Assembly (NCBI GenBank): GCA_907165135.1
Contig: OU015567.1
Span: forward strand, 3,472,001-3,536,000
Origin: Oikopleura dioica
Taxonomy: Eukaryota > Animalia > Chordata
Direction: 5' to 3'
Length of the DNA stretch: 64,000 nt
The number at the start of each line of letters is the position of its first letter. The first letter of the stretch is position 1. Below the pieces are notes generated by a model. That model made no database searches, had not been told where the DNA came from, and worked only from the letters and a program-made list of their open reading frames with translations. Positions 12,911 through 23,848 of the stretch are shown here, piece by piece. The position numbers were made by a program, and so were the translations under genes.

Positions 12911-13711
12911 ATGGCACTCGCTGCTGCAGGAACTGCAGGGCTTCTTGTTCTTGAAGCATTGCCGGAATTGATTTTATGTAAGAAATCATATATCATTAAC
13001 TTTGAATAATAATTATTTCAGGCAAAGCGATCGGAACAACTGTTGCGGGGCTATCCGATTTAGCTCAAAAACAGAATGATTTTAAAAGAGAAGAACTAGA
13101 AACTCAAAGAGTCCTGGCAGAGAACGAAAGGGTGATTTCCGAGAATGAAAGAATCAAAGCTGAACAATACGCGAAAGCAATGTCAGACCGAGACCAAGAA
13201 AAGTATCGCAAAAGGTTCTTTCAATGTCTCTCTTATAAATTCTTATAAAAGTCATGAAGGCCGAAGAAAATGAAAGATTGAAGAGAGAGCTTGATGAGAA
13301 GAACCGAAAGCTTGATGAAAAGATTGAGGCTGACAGGCAAACAATGCAAGATCTTCAGAGTACTGTGAAGGACTATCAAGCAAAGAAGAATGCTTCAAAT
13401 TTTCATTTAGGTTTTTGCCGAAAGGAATCAGTGTTCTTCAATAAAACTAACATAATTTTTAGTTCGACAAAAACAATGCGCAACTCATGAATAGGGACCG
13501 GCTCTTTGAAAAGATGCTGCGAAAAATGCAGTCAAAAGTGACCCGATTTAGCGTTGCTAATAATGGAAACGAAGCAGTGCAAAGATTCTGTCTCGAATTC
13601 ACTGACATCATCGACTCATACGAAGATTTTGATGACATTCCACGACTTGAAGAGAGCCTTTGCCAGTTACGACTGAACACGATTCAGCCAATTCGTTTGA
13701 TTGAGGAATGA
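12911..13711 (+). CDS. Uncharacterised protein with hydrophobic N-terminus and coiled-coil region
   Basis: MALAAAGTAGLLVLEALPELIL|...Glu/Lys/Arg-rich heptad-like exons (13022-13214, ~13254-13410)...FDKNNAQLMNRDRLFEKML...IRLIEE*; short GT-AG introns. Confidence 0.6.
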
Positions 13712-14342
13712 TTTCTTCACTATTTTACTTGTTGGAAAAATTTTCTCTTTTCGGAAAGAAAACTCGTTCCGCAACAATAAAAACTTCAAAATCCGGCAAA
13801 TGAACTTCTCTCTATCCCTTTTTAATTCCTCGTTTGGCTCCACCCATAAGAGCATTTCCGCCTCGCCATGTAATTTTCAAAGCTCTCGAAAAAGACCCTC
13901 TCGAAGAAAGCGACAAAAATCATTTTCCTTGTGGCTTGAATTTTAAGCAAGTGCACGCACTTGTGCCGGAATAGACGTGTCTTTTAAAACGAAAATTAAA
14001 ATTCATTTTTCGAGTTTTCTGACCGCGGCTCAGGTTCTCTTGATTTTTTGACTCACTATCCTGAGGATCAGCTGGGCTCTTGGCTTCACTGTTGCTGGCT
14101 TTGATTTTACTCATTGTGCAATAGTTTGGCTGATTGTCGCACGATGCCTGAGAAATGTGTCTTTTGGAAGTGTCCTTCAGCACTCGTTGTTGGAATTCAT
14201 GTCAGCCTCATTACAAATGCTCAGCGGCTTTCTGGCATCATCACATTCTCTCCTATTCGACCATGGGAGCTCACATTGGACTGCTCAGCACTTTTTGGCA
14301 AACATGATAAAAAGGGGTCCAAAATGAGGTTTCACGAAAAAT

Positions 14343-14415
14343 TGTTTCCGCCCGGGCTCGAACCGGGGACCTTTCGCGTGTTAGGCGAACGTGATAACCA
14401 CTACACTACGGAAAC
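14343..14415 (-). tRNA. tRNA-Val-AAC: tRNA-Val (AAC), copy 2
   Basis: Exact reverse complement of copy 1; TTTTT terminator downstream on the minus strand. Confidence 0.98.
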
Positions 14416-14636
14416 TTGAAGAGACCCTTCAATCAGACCATCCTACGTGGCAATTTCGGCTTGGAAACCTGTGTTGAAAACCTGAGTCAGGGTCCTAAGG
14501 GAGCTTTTACCAGTATTGATTAAAAGGATTGAAATTATAGCTGTGGCGAAGCTTTAGGACCCTGACTCAGGTTTTCCATACAGGTTTCCAAGCCGAAATT
14601 GCCAGGGAGGATGGTCTGATTGAAGGGTCCCTTCAA

Positions 14637-14709
14637 GTTTCCGTAGTGTAGTGGTTATCACGTTCGCCTAACACGCGAAAGGTCCCCGGTTCGAGCCCGG
14701 GCGGAAACA
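14637..14709 (+). tRNA. tRNA-Val-AAC: tRNA-Val (AAC), copy 3
   Basis: Identical to copy 1; TTTTT terminator follows. Confidence 0.98.
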
Positions 14710-15419
14710 ATTTTTCAACTTTTCCGAAAAATTGCACAAAAACCAAACCCTCCAAATCAAAAAGAGCATCAGTGATTTTTTCTTTTCAATAGCTTCGATT
14801 CCAGTCTTGCTGATGTAATTTGTAGATTTGAAGTCGTCCTGAACAAGATAGCGGAATGTTTCTTCCCTGGACATATGACGAGATAACCAACATTTAGAGA
14901 TTGTTAAAAATATTTTCGAAGAAGTCATGTGCTATGTTTTAACATTGCGGTTCCAGCGATTCAGAAGATTGCGTCAGATCGAATGTTCCATCTGCGCGTT
15001 TATTATTACGCGACAGATTCTAGAGTGGTCAATCCTTGTTCCCCCTCGCCAAACCTACCAAAGGTACAGTAATTCTTTGAACAATTTTTCAAATTGTTTC
15101 AAAATTTCAAATTTCTTCCTCCCGTTTAGCACTTTGAACGTGCGCTTATCCTTGAAAAGCGATTGACAAGCGGCGAGATCCGCTGCCCCCGCTATCCGCC
15201 TGTATCTCCAATTCAAGCAAAATATTAACCCGTACTAAACCAGTACAAATATTATGAGTGATAATGTCGGCAGTTCTTCGGACCGTCTTTTGCCGAAAAA
15301 AGGGACTCTTTTTGGCGCTTTTCGTCCTCTAGAATTTGATGATCCTGGCATTCTATTTTTGTGGTGTGATCCGGAGAAAACCGGACATTTAAAGAAAATG
15401 GACATTTGATGAAGCCATT

Positions 15420-15636
15420 GAAATATCCGTTTTCCATGAAATGTCCGCTTTCTTGAAATGACCGTTTTTCAAAATTTTCGTTTTTCAAAATGTCCGTTTT
15501 TCAAATGTCCGTTTTTCAAAATGTCCGTTTCTCAAAATATCCGTTTTTCAAAATTTCCGTTTTTAAAATGTCCGCTTTTTCAAAATATCCGTTTTTCAAA
15601 TGTCCGATTATTCAAAATGTCCGAAAATTTCAAAAT
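15420..15636. repeat. Minisatellite, about 13 degenerate copies of AAAATGTCCGTTTTTC (15-17 bp)
   Basis: Units directly readable in the sequence; the array abuts the 3' end of tRNA copy 4. Confidence 0.9.
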
Positions 15637-15637
15637 T

Positions 15638-15710
15638 TGTTTCCGCCCGGGCTCGAACCGGGGACCTTTCGCGTGTTAGGCGAACGTGATAACCACTACA
15701 CTACGGAAAC
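15638..15710 (-). tRNA. tRNA-Val-AAC: tRNA-Val (AAC), copy 4
   Basis: Exact reverse complement of copy 1. Confidence 0.98.
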
Positions 15711-15759
15711 TTGAGGTCAGTTGCCACTTTGGCAAACCGAACAGAGCCAAATGTAAAAT

Positions 15760-16220
15760 GTAAAAAAGAAATTTGATTGAAGAGTGATTTGGTTTCTTCG
15801 GGAGAACGTATAACTCCTTCGGCGCATGTAAATCGGTTGAAGTTTGGTGCGCACTTTACTTGAGCTTGATCGGGCGGGTAGCAAAACATAACGTTTTCGG
15901 GTTCCCGGGCTCCGACTTCAAACGGGGCGATGCGGCGGCGGTGAAATAACGTCCCCGCGGTTTCCCCAGGATCCTCCAAAGATCCATCCAGGAGACAGTT
16001 TCTTGTCTTTAGAAACATGATTACTCAGAAACTCCAAAATAGAAGCTGATTTATCAGTTTTCCCCATCTCTTTGACGAACCTAGTTTCAACTTCGAATTC
16101 CAGGACGCACCGCGAATGAATATTTTCTGGGCGGTTAATTCTTCGTACCAACTCTTTGCTCTGCGTGGGACCAAGATTTTGAACAGGCGAGATTTTGACT
16201 CGCCGCGAAATTAAAACCAA
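15760..16220 (-). CDS. Possible uncharacterised CDS (two overlapping ORFs joined by a 1-bp shift in a C run)
   Basis: ORF 15918-16220 continues into ORF 15701-16018 at PHRP/FEV (...GWIFGGSWGNRGDVISPPPHRPFEVGAREPENVMFCYPP...). No family recognised. Confidence 0.3.
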
Positions 16221-16287
16221 GTGTGCTACGATTACTCCTGACGTGCAAGAAGCGACTTTACTGCTGACTTCACGTTTTTTATTTTCT

Positions 16288-16577
16288 TTTTTTGGGGGTA
16301 AATTTATTCGACTAGTTTCGGTGGGTCAGCACCATCATCAGGAATCTATAGAAAAATGAACGAAAAGAAGAAAAACACCGAACTTACTTGACAGGGACAA
16401 GTCAAAGTAACGAAATGCAAAAGAATTTAGCAGAGGTATAGCGAAAATCTTTCGTTACTTGGACTTGTCCCTGTCAAGTAAGTTCGGTGTTTTTCTTCTT
16501 TTCGTTCACTTTTCTATAGATTCCTGATGATGGTGCTGACACACCGAAACTAGTCGAATAAATTTACCCCCAAAAAA
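16288..16577. mobile_element. Foldback/MITE-like hairpin, 128-bp arms and 34-bp loop
   Basis: 16288-16415 is the reverse complement of 16450-16577 with 3 mismatches; termini (T)6GGGGGTAAA...TTTACCCCC(A)6. Confidence 0.85.
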
Positions 16578-16710
16578 CTCATTCAACAACGTCAAATTTT
16601 GAACAATTTTATATTTTCAATGAAGAATTCTAACAGTTAGAAGAAACCGTACAGAATGCCGTATTCGCCAATATACTTCAAGTGTCGAATCTTATCTTGA
16701 TTTTTCTTAT

Positions 16711-17665
16711 CCAGGCGCCGAGTCTCGAGGGATTCGCCTGCCCCCTATCCGGCGGGTGACAAGAATGACCGGACCAAGCGGGTGACAAGCCCGCGATGCT
16801 CGAACTGCTCAACTCCGCAGAGAACAGCGAGTCTCGGTTGGAAATCACTAATCTACCAAGGAAAATCATGATCAAAGAGATGTTTTGAGCTCGAGCTTAT
16901 CCCCACAAGGCTCATTTTTGAGAGGATAAATATTATTTTCGACTCAAAATTTTTAGAAAAATACTTTTTCCGGCTAAATCAAGTATGATAAATAATCAAA
17001 TAGAGATAATAATGCTTCCATATGAATATGGTCCATATTATATGGATCTTTCGGAAAATCATTCGTAGAAAACGGGTCAAGCCAACGAAAATTCTCCTAA
17101 GTCAGATTTCTATTGCTAGAAATTTTCCGTCTAGGCTTCTGAAAAGATCTCTGGCAGCCGCCAGACTGTTCTTATCGTTAATGGAAAGTTTTAGTCTCCT
17201 AGATCAGCTGGAAAAGGATGAAAGGTAATAAGAGATTAGCTGGGTGATTAAAAAAGACTTTTCAAACGGAAGAGAAGATCACAAGACAGCTGGATTAAAA
17301 TTTGATTACAATAGGATGAACTTTGATGGAGGTTTTATTGCATAAACTCACGTTTTCAGAAGTTTTAAGTGTGATTTTTGGAATCTCCATGGTCGAATTA
17401 GTATAAATCACATCTTTCCTGAAAATTTTTGAGCAAAAATGCTCATGATCCTCCGAAAAGTGAACCTTGTGCAGATAAGCTAGACCGTCGCAACAACCCT
17501 CTGATCATGATTTTCCTCGATAAATTAGCGATTTCCCACTGAGCCTCGCTGTTTCCCGCAGAGCTGGGCAGTTAGGCCGTGTTGGGCTTGTCACCCGCTT
17601 GGTCCGGTCATTTTTGTCACCCGCCGGATTGGGGGGCAGGCGAATCCCTCTTACCCCCAGGCGCC
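16711..17665. mobile_element. Non-autonomous TIR element, Mutator-like (9-bp target duplication)
   Basis: ~66-bp inverted repeats 16727-16792 / 17584-17650, each with two GCGGGTGACAA motifs; direct repeat CCAGGCGCC at 16711-16719 and 17657-17665; no intact ORF inside. Confidence 0.75.
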
Positions 17666-18799
17666 ATGTACCCCATGTTTTCTGTCCGGGTTGACCTGGA
17701 GGTTTATGTCTTAATTTTAAGTCAATATCTTTTTTAGGGGGACTTCCTTAAACAAAACATCTTACCAATTTGTTGATAGAGAATCCTTGGCAAATCTTCG
17801 ATCGAAAATAAAAGCGCAAAGAAGAAAAAAGTATTCATCAGGACAAAAAATATACTGAATATGGCTATTTGACCATTCTTTCTCTTTCACGTCAACTTTC
17901 GGCAACTGCGACAGACGATGTCTAAAAAGTTCAAAATTATTTAATAAAAAAATCTGTCACTTTGTGATATTTCAACTCTCTTTCAAGTTCAGCCGCACTT
18001 TTGCCGATTCACGGAACATATGTTTATTTGATAAGATAATTTGCTCGGTTTCCATTATGAAAGATACAACGAACTAGGTCAATTCAGGGACCTTGAGCTT
18101 TGGTGTTTTTTAACTCTAAAAGAAGCCGTACAGAATGCCGTATCTCTTCATGAACTCTAAATGCTGCTGTTGTTCTTCATTTGCTTTTATCAGCGCACCA
18201 TGAATGCCATGAGTTCTGTCGATTTTGACTTCGAGGTTCATGTCTGAATTTTTAGTTTATCATTATAACTTTTTCCATACCGATTCGCTGGACAAGAAAT
18301 CTGCTAAAATCTTCCATGAAAATAAAAAAAGCAAAAAGAAGACAAGTTTTCATCAGAAGAAGATAATTTTCTTCAAGGATTATTTTTTAAAACTTCACCG
18401 TTTGTATTACCCATTTATGTCTCTTTTTTGACTACCGCAACAGCCGAAATGTAAATAATAATGTACTACCGACTAGATTTATTCGAGTCAGTTCTTTTAC
18501 TGTAGAAAGTGACGATTTCGCTGAATAAGCACAATTGATGGAATTGGAATGTTGTTGCTAACGTGTTTTCAAAATGCGATCGCTCCCACGAAAAATATTC
18601 GGAGGACAGAAATCCGCCGTGTTCAAGTTCAATCCCTTTGTCATTGATTTCTCAGCAGAATTCGCCGCAATCTCAAGAATTCTTGACGACGTCATTATGA
18701 GTTCAAGAATGCTCTTATCGAATTTTTCGAAAGCTTTTTTCTTATCAGGTTATTAGGGTCGAACTTGAATCGTTCTTTTTCTGCCTTGAAATTTAAAAA

Positions 18800-19020
18800 A
18801 TAAGGGTTAGGGTTAAGATTAGGAAAAAAAATTTCGAACTTTATTTATTTTGAAAAATTTTCTCGAAAAAATAAAATTTTCGAAAAAAAAAAATTCTCGA
18901 AAAAATCAAGTTTTGAAAAAAAAATTTTTTTGAAAAAATCAAATTTTCGATTTTTTTTTTTTCAAAATTTTCGAATTTCGATTTTTTTCTAACTCAAATT
19001 TTCGAAAAAAAATTTTCAAA
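18800..19020. repeat. Low-complexity A/T tract with degenerate (A)nTTTTCGA units, preceded by a short TTAGGG-like patch
   Basis: Repeated AAAATTTTCGAAAA-like units; TAAGGGTTAGGGTTAAGATTAGG at ~18801-18823. Confidence 0.6.
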
Positions 19021-20071
19021 AACTGGAGTTTAATTTTCTTAGACTTTTTTGATTTAATCATGATCAAATTTTCAATAAAAAATCCCTTGAATTCGTGGTT
19101 TGATTAAACTCGCTGGCCGGAAAGAGTTTGATCCTCCGTTGACAGTTGCATTTTGATTGAAACCAATTCTACCCAGGCTTCTGTCTTTGATAACGGAGAA
19201 TTTCTGAAATGGACACGATTTAGAAAACGTGCTCAGATTCAGCTTTCGAAGGAAGGAGTTGCTCTGAGTTCAATTATGTCATATTCCTTTATTTATGGCC
19301 TTTCAGAGTTCTGAGGTACCAGGTGCTAAGATGCACGGAATCATGCTGCTGAGCCACTCACAAGAGGCCAAAAATTAAAAGAATAAGATGAGGGAAATAT
19401 CCAAGAGATCGAACTATCCCTGAGCCAAATTAACTGCAAGAAAAAAGTAGCCTTCCTTATCTTTCTCTGTTGCATAATCCATGTCATTTCTAGCTCCCGA
19501 AAAAGGTCATAAGATCGAAGAAATCAAGAGAATTCGAGGTCAAATGAAGCTGAAGTTCTTCAGTTAAATTGAATAATTTTATTTTTCACCCTTCGAAAAA
19601 TGGATTTTTTTCTAAAAAGGCCATATTTTTGGTTCTTAATGCGTCCTCAGGTTAAACTTGCTTCAAAAACTTGATAAAACGAATTTTTGACCAAGAAAAA
19701 TCAATATTTTTGCCAAAATTAGTGCAAATTCGTCAATTTTCGGCGAAAAGTTCAATTTTCAAATGCGATTTTGGGGGTGAAGGAGTCGAGATAGACCCCC
19801 AAAAAATGAAGCCTCAAAATCGTAGAATCCATTTCCGGGGTCAAAATTTTAAAATTCCGAAATTTGTTTTTTCGAAAAAAGCTGACGGGGGGGGTTATTA
19901 TTTCTGATTGTTAAAAAAATCATAAAAATAAGTAAAATTAAAATGTTGCAATAAACGCGCTATTAAATTCAGTTGGATTGAAATAATTCCGTAATAATGA
20001 TAAAAAATACACTTAATTCGCAAAAAAAAATCTTTAGCTAAGAAAAAAGTTTCGTGTACTTGAAATTCAGA

Positions 20072-23000
20072 ATGTCAGAAGAGTCGAAAAGTTGCCCGTC
20101 GGGTGGCGGTGGCGCGGGGCCACTGGTCTTGAATATCGATATGGGCGAAATCAGCTGCTCCGAGTGTTCAATGAGTCTTCTCGGGAACGTCTGCTTCAAG
20201 GAGGTAAAACGACCCACTTCAAATTATGATGGGCGCAGTTTTGCCAAAGCCCAGTTCTCTTCACTTTGAGACGGCAATTAGGAAGCTCGTTAGCCTTATG
20301 CAAAAATGACTTGAACAACCAAAAAGGTCTTTTTCGTCCAAAAAAGGAAAAGCAGAACTCTAGAATTCTCGAAAAATAAAAGAGGGGGCTTTATCTTCCG
20401 CCCGATCCAAAAAGCAACTTTTGCGAAATCCGGTTTTCGCGCAGAGCTAAAAACGTTTTTCGCGTTATCGAATCTGTTATCGCGGCGACTCACTTGACCA
20501 AAATGACCATGATGGCGAGTTTAGACTCAAAACTCAGTTTAGAAAAGCGGAGATAAGCTGTTTTGCGTTCAATTCTGTTTGAACTTTTGGCTTTCCCGAT
20601 TTTTGCGGAAAAGCGCATTTCTTGCTTTGTGAGATTGACTCCTACCCGTGGCCTTCTTTTTATTTCAAATTTGATTAATGTCTTGTTTTTTCGTCCTAAA
20701 AGCCAAAAATTAGGAAAATTGGCGTTTTTCTGAAATTTGATTGGCCTACTGGCCGAAAGCGGACATCTGATTTGTCAAAAATTAGCCAAAAATTAGAGTA
20801 AAATAATCACTTTTCTCTATATTTTCTTCTTAAAAATTATAAAATTAAATTTGCCTTATCGACAAGTATACCCTTAAATTGACCAAACTCCCATTTCGGG
20901 GCAATAAGAAATCAGGATTTTTACTTTTAGGGCGATGGCAAATACTGCGTCACTTGCTACGAAAAAAAGTTCTGCCAAGGGTTCAAAAGCATTATTCAAC
21001 GATCACCAAAATCAGAAAATAAGAGGCTGCGTAAATTGACTTCAGAGTCCGGAGACGCCCGTTTCCGCCGACCATGTACGACACGTGTAATGCCACTCTC
21101 GTGAAATTTTTTACTTCTAAAGCTATTGCAATACTTAGTACCGAGCTCACGGCGCATCGAAAGTATTCTTTTTTTTTCTAAATCAACTAGGAACCACTAT
21201 CGAAACTGACCATCAAACTCACCCAATAAAATCGCTTTTGCGCTCGTTTTTAACCTTGGCAAAGTAGACAAGGTTGCCGCGGACAGCTCAAATTTCCGTC
21301 ACAAGTTGACACTTGATTATTTTCAAAGTTCCTCCTCGCAGATTAAAACTTAGAAAACAGAGAAAAAAATGAGAACTCATCACGATGCAGAGGAGAATTT
21401 TGAACCCTTCAGTAAACCTTGCGAAAAATGCGGAGAAACTATTGGATACAACGGAAAAGAAGTTTGCAAAGGAACGTTTTCAAGCATAGACCTATCCGAT
21501 AAATGGCGGGGGAGAAATAAGGGACCAGGGTACGATAATTGAAAAAAAAAACTCGAAAAAAGAACTCCGTTTCGATGGAAAACCTTACCATGAATGGTGC
21601 CTTACTTGTGATTTATGCAATGTTTCGATCGCTGGAAAATTAGTGAAGAAAAAAGACTCAAAAATTATTTGTGAGTAAGTAAACTCCCTAAAACATATCG
21701 TGAAGAGATAAATTTTAATGATGATTTTCTTTTTAGGGACTGTTTTCGAACACACTACATGCCGAAATGCTCTCAATGTCTTCAGGCTTTCAAACAGGGT
21801 ACGTAATACAGTGACACCCTTAAATTTGAGTCAGGTTCTTTTAAGACCTAAATAAAAAGCCGCGTAATTTTCGCGGCTTCCTTTACATGGCTTTTCATTA
21901 GAAATCTCTAATGACCCTGAGTCAGGGTCCCTGACACAGGTTATCTAAACAGAGAACCTGTGACAGATTTCGCAGCCCAGGACCTTCTTGAGCTGGAACC
22001 TTGCTTCCGCTAAAAAGGAAACAGCCACGAAATTCAAAGTGAAAGAAATGCAAAATCGTGACAGGCGAAAGTCAGCTCGGATAATTGAAACGAAATCCCA
22101 CTCTAGAAAAAAAATATTCGAGAACCGTTTTTGTCGAGGGAAGCGACTTACAGGCTTTCCGCGAGAATTTCGCGCTTGGAAATTTTTTGGCGAGAAGAAA
22201 TACCGCACCCAGGGTCGCTGAGATAAGCTTACTGGAAATTCGAAACTGGAAAAATATTCTCTTTCAAGTTCAACTACAGCAAGTTTTTCAGGCGATGAGC
22301 GAATTTTGTACGACAACCAAATCTTTCACCAGCGCTGTTTTGTTTGTTCGGAATGCAATTCTCCAGTAGACAAGAACAAGTTCTTCAAAAGTGATAACAA
22401 ACTCAAATGTGATATTTGTTTCTCAAAAAAGGTATGCCTTCTGGGGCCTTCTGGGGACGAATCTTTTTAAGAGTTCTACGTTGAAAGCAGGAGCAATTTG
22501 CCCAACTTGCAATCGAATAATTAGGAACACTCGGTCAAAGATGACAGTAAACAGACAAGCAAACAGATAAGTTAAAATGACATATTGATGACCTTGAGAA
22601 AGAGATGGAGCAGTCGCTTTTAGAGGGAAAAATTATCATCGTTACTGGTATTACAAACAAAAGATAATAATGATTGATTCTTTACTATTGTTTGTTTAGT
22701 TTTACTTGCAAAGGAGGCTGTGGATATGAGCTTGGAGGAGCGGAATTCGCGATTAAAAATGGAGATTGTTTTTGCTTCGATTGTTATATTTCAAAGGAAC
22801 GAGGGAAGGAAATGCCTTATTTGGAAGAAAGACGATGAAAGGAAAAATGAAATTTCGGTTACGAAGAAAAAATTTTTCAAGCTGAATTTCAGTTGAAAAT
22901 GATGCCTATCTTTCATGTTCGACTTTCCCTGAAATCCACTTTTTCCCTCTTGACAAAGTTCGGGCGCGATTGCGAGCGATGCTTGGAAGTTGTCGTTGGG

Positions 23001-23848
23001 CTTGGCGAGCTGCGCAAGATCACTTACGAAAACTCGTGCTGGCATCCGGAGGTTTCCGTGTGACGTATATCTTTGCATAAGTACCCCATTCCTTTTCCAG
23101 CCCAGAACGCGTTTAACAGTGTCGAAATGCGCGAGAAACAAAGGAACGCTGCTTTAGAAACACTCTCTTTATCACCCCTTCTTATCGCTCGAGCTACCGA
23201 AGCCACTCGTAGAAGAGGGGGTTTAAAGAGTTATCAGAACTTGCGGCTTTCGATAAAAACTTTGTTCTTCCAAATTTGCGCCTCCAAAATTTGGCTAAAA
23301 AATTAACACTGTAATATTCTAGTGTTTTACCTGCTTCGAATGTTTGATGGGTTTAGAAAACCAAAAATTCAAGGTTGGTGATGCGCTTGACCACAGAGGA
23401 TAATCTAGTTATAAGCAACTTTGCGGAGAAATCTACTGCCTCAAGTGGGGTACGAAAAACCAGCGTGCGGCCACGAAATTGCTACTTTTTTATGTTGACA
23501 TATTAGTAGGAGGAGTTGAGGTTAATAGCAGCATACTACTACTGGGGGGCGAAAAATCTTAAGGGAGTCACGTCAACTTTAGTTTATGTCTTTCTCTTTC
23601 TTTAAAAAATTACCCCGAAAACAGTGCGCGCGAGCAGTGGAGAACTTCATCGAAGAGACAAAATGTGCTGTTGCAGCCCATTCCATGCAGTCAAGGAATG
23701 CTGTTGAACATATTCAAAATTCCGCAAGCCGCGAAATAGGATAATTGACTGCCGTTCCCACAGTACTCTTACAGAAACAAAGGGTCAAGGGTCGAGACAA
23801 TCTCTCAAGGCAACTTTCTCTAACGAGCAAGAAGCTCTTCTAACTTGA
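20072..23848 (+). CDS. FHL2: Four-and-a-half LIM domains (FHL-family) protein
   Basis: Spliced: CSECSMSLLG..YCVTCY (half LIM); CEKC..CKELRFDGKPYHEWCLTCDLC..CEDC; CSQC..FHQRCFVCSEC..CDIC; CPTC..YHRYCFTCKGGC..CFDC; CERCLEVVVGLGELRKITYENSCWHPECFTCFEC..YCLK. Colinear with FHL2 throughout. The last two exons (to 23848) are tentative. Confidence 0.9.

Larger units (their letters stand above)
14336..14716. repeat. 381-bp palindrome: two ~163-bp arms, each a tRNA-Val plus its 5' flank, with a 55-bp spacer
   Basis: Arms 14336-14498 and 14554-14716 are reverse complements with about 5 mismatches, all in the non-tRNA part. Confidence 0.95.

Noticed and set aside
15420-15636. CRISPR-like array
   Set aside because: Units are contiguous with no unique spacers, there are no cas genes, and the DNA is eukaryotic; it is a minisatellite.
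18801-18823. Interstitial telomere (TTAGGG)
   Set aside because: Only one or two degenerate units in low-complexity DNA; compatible with chance.
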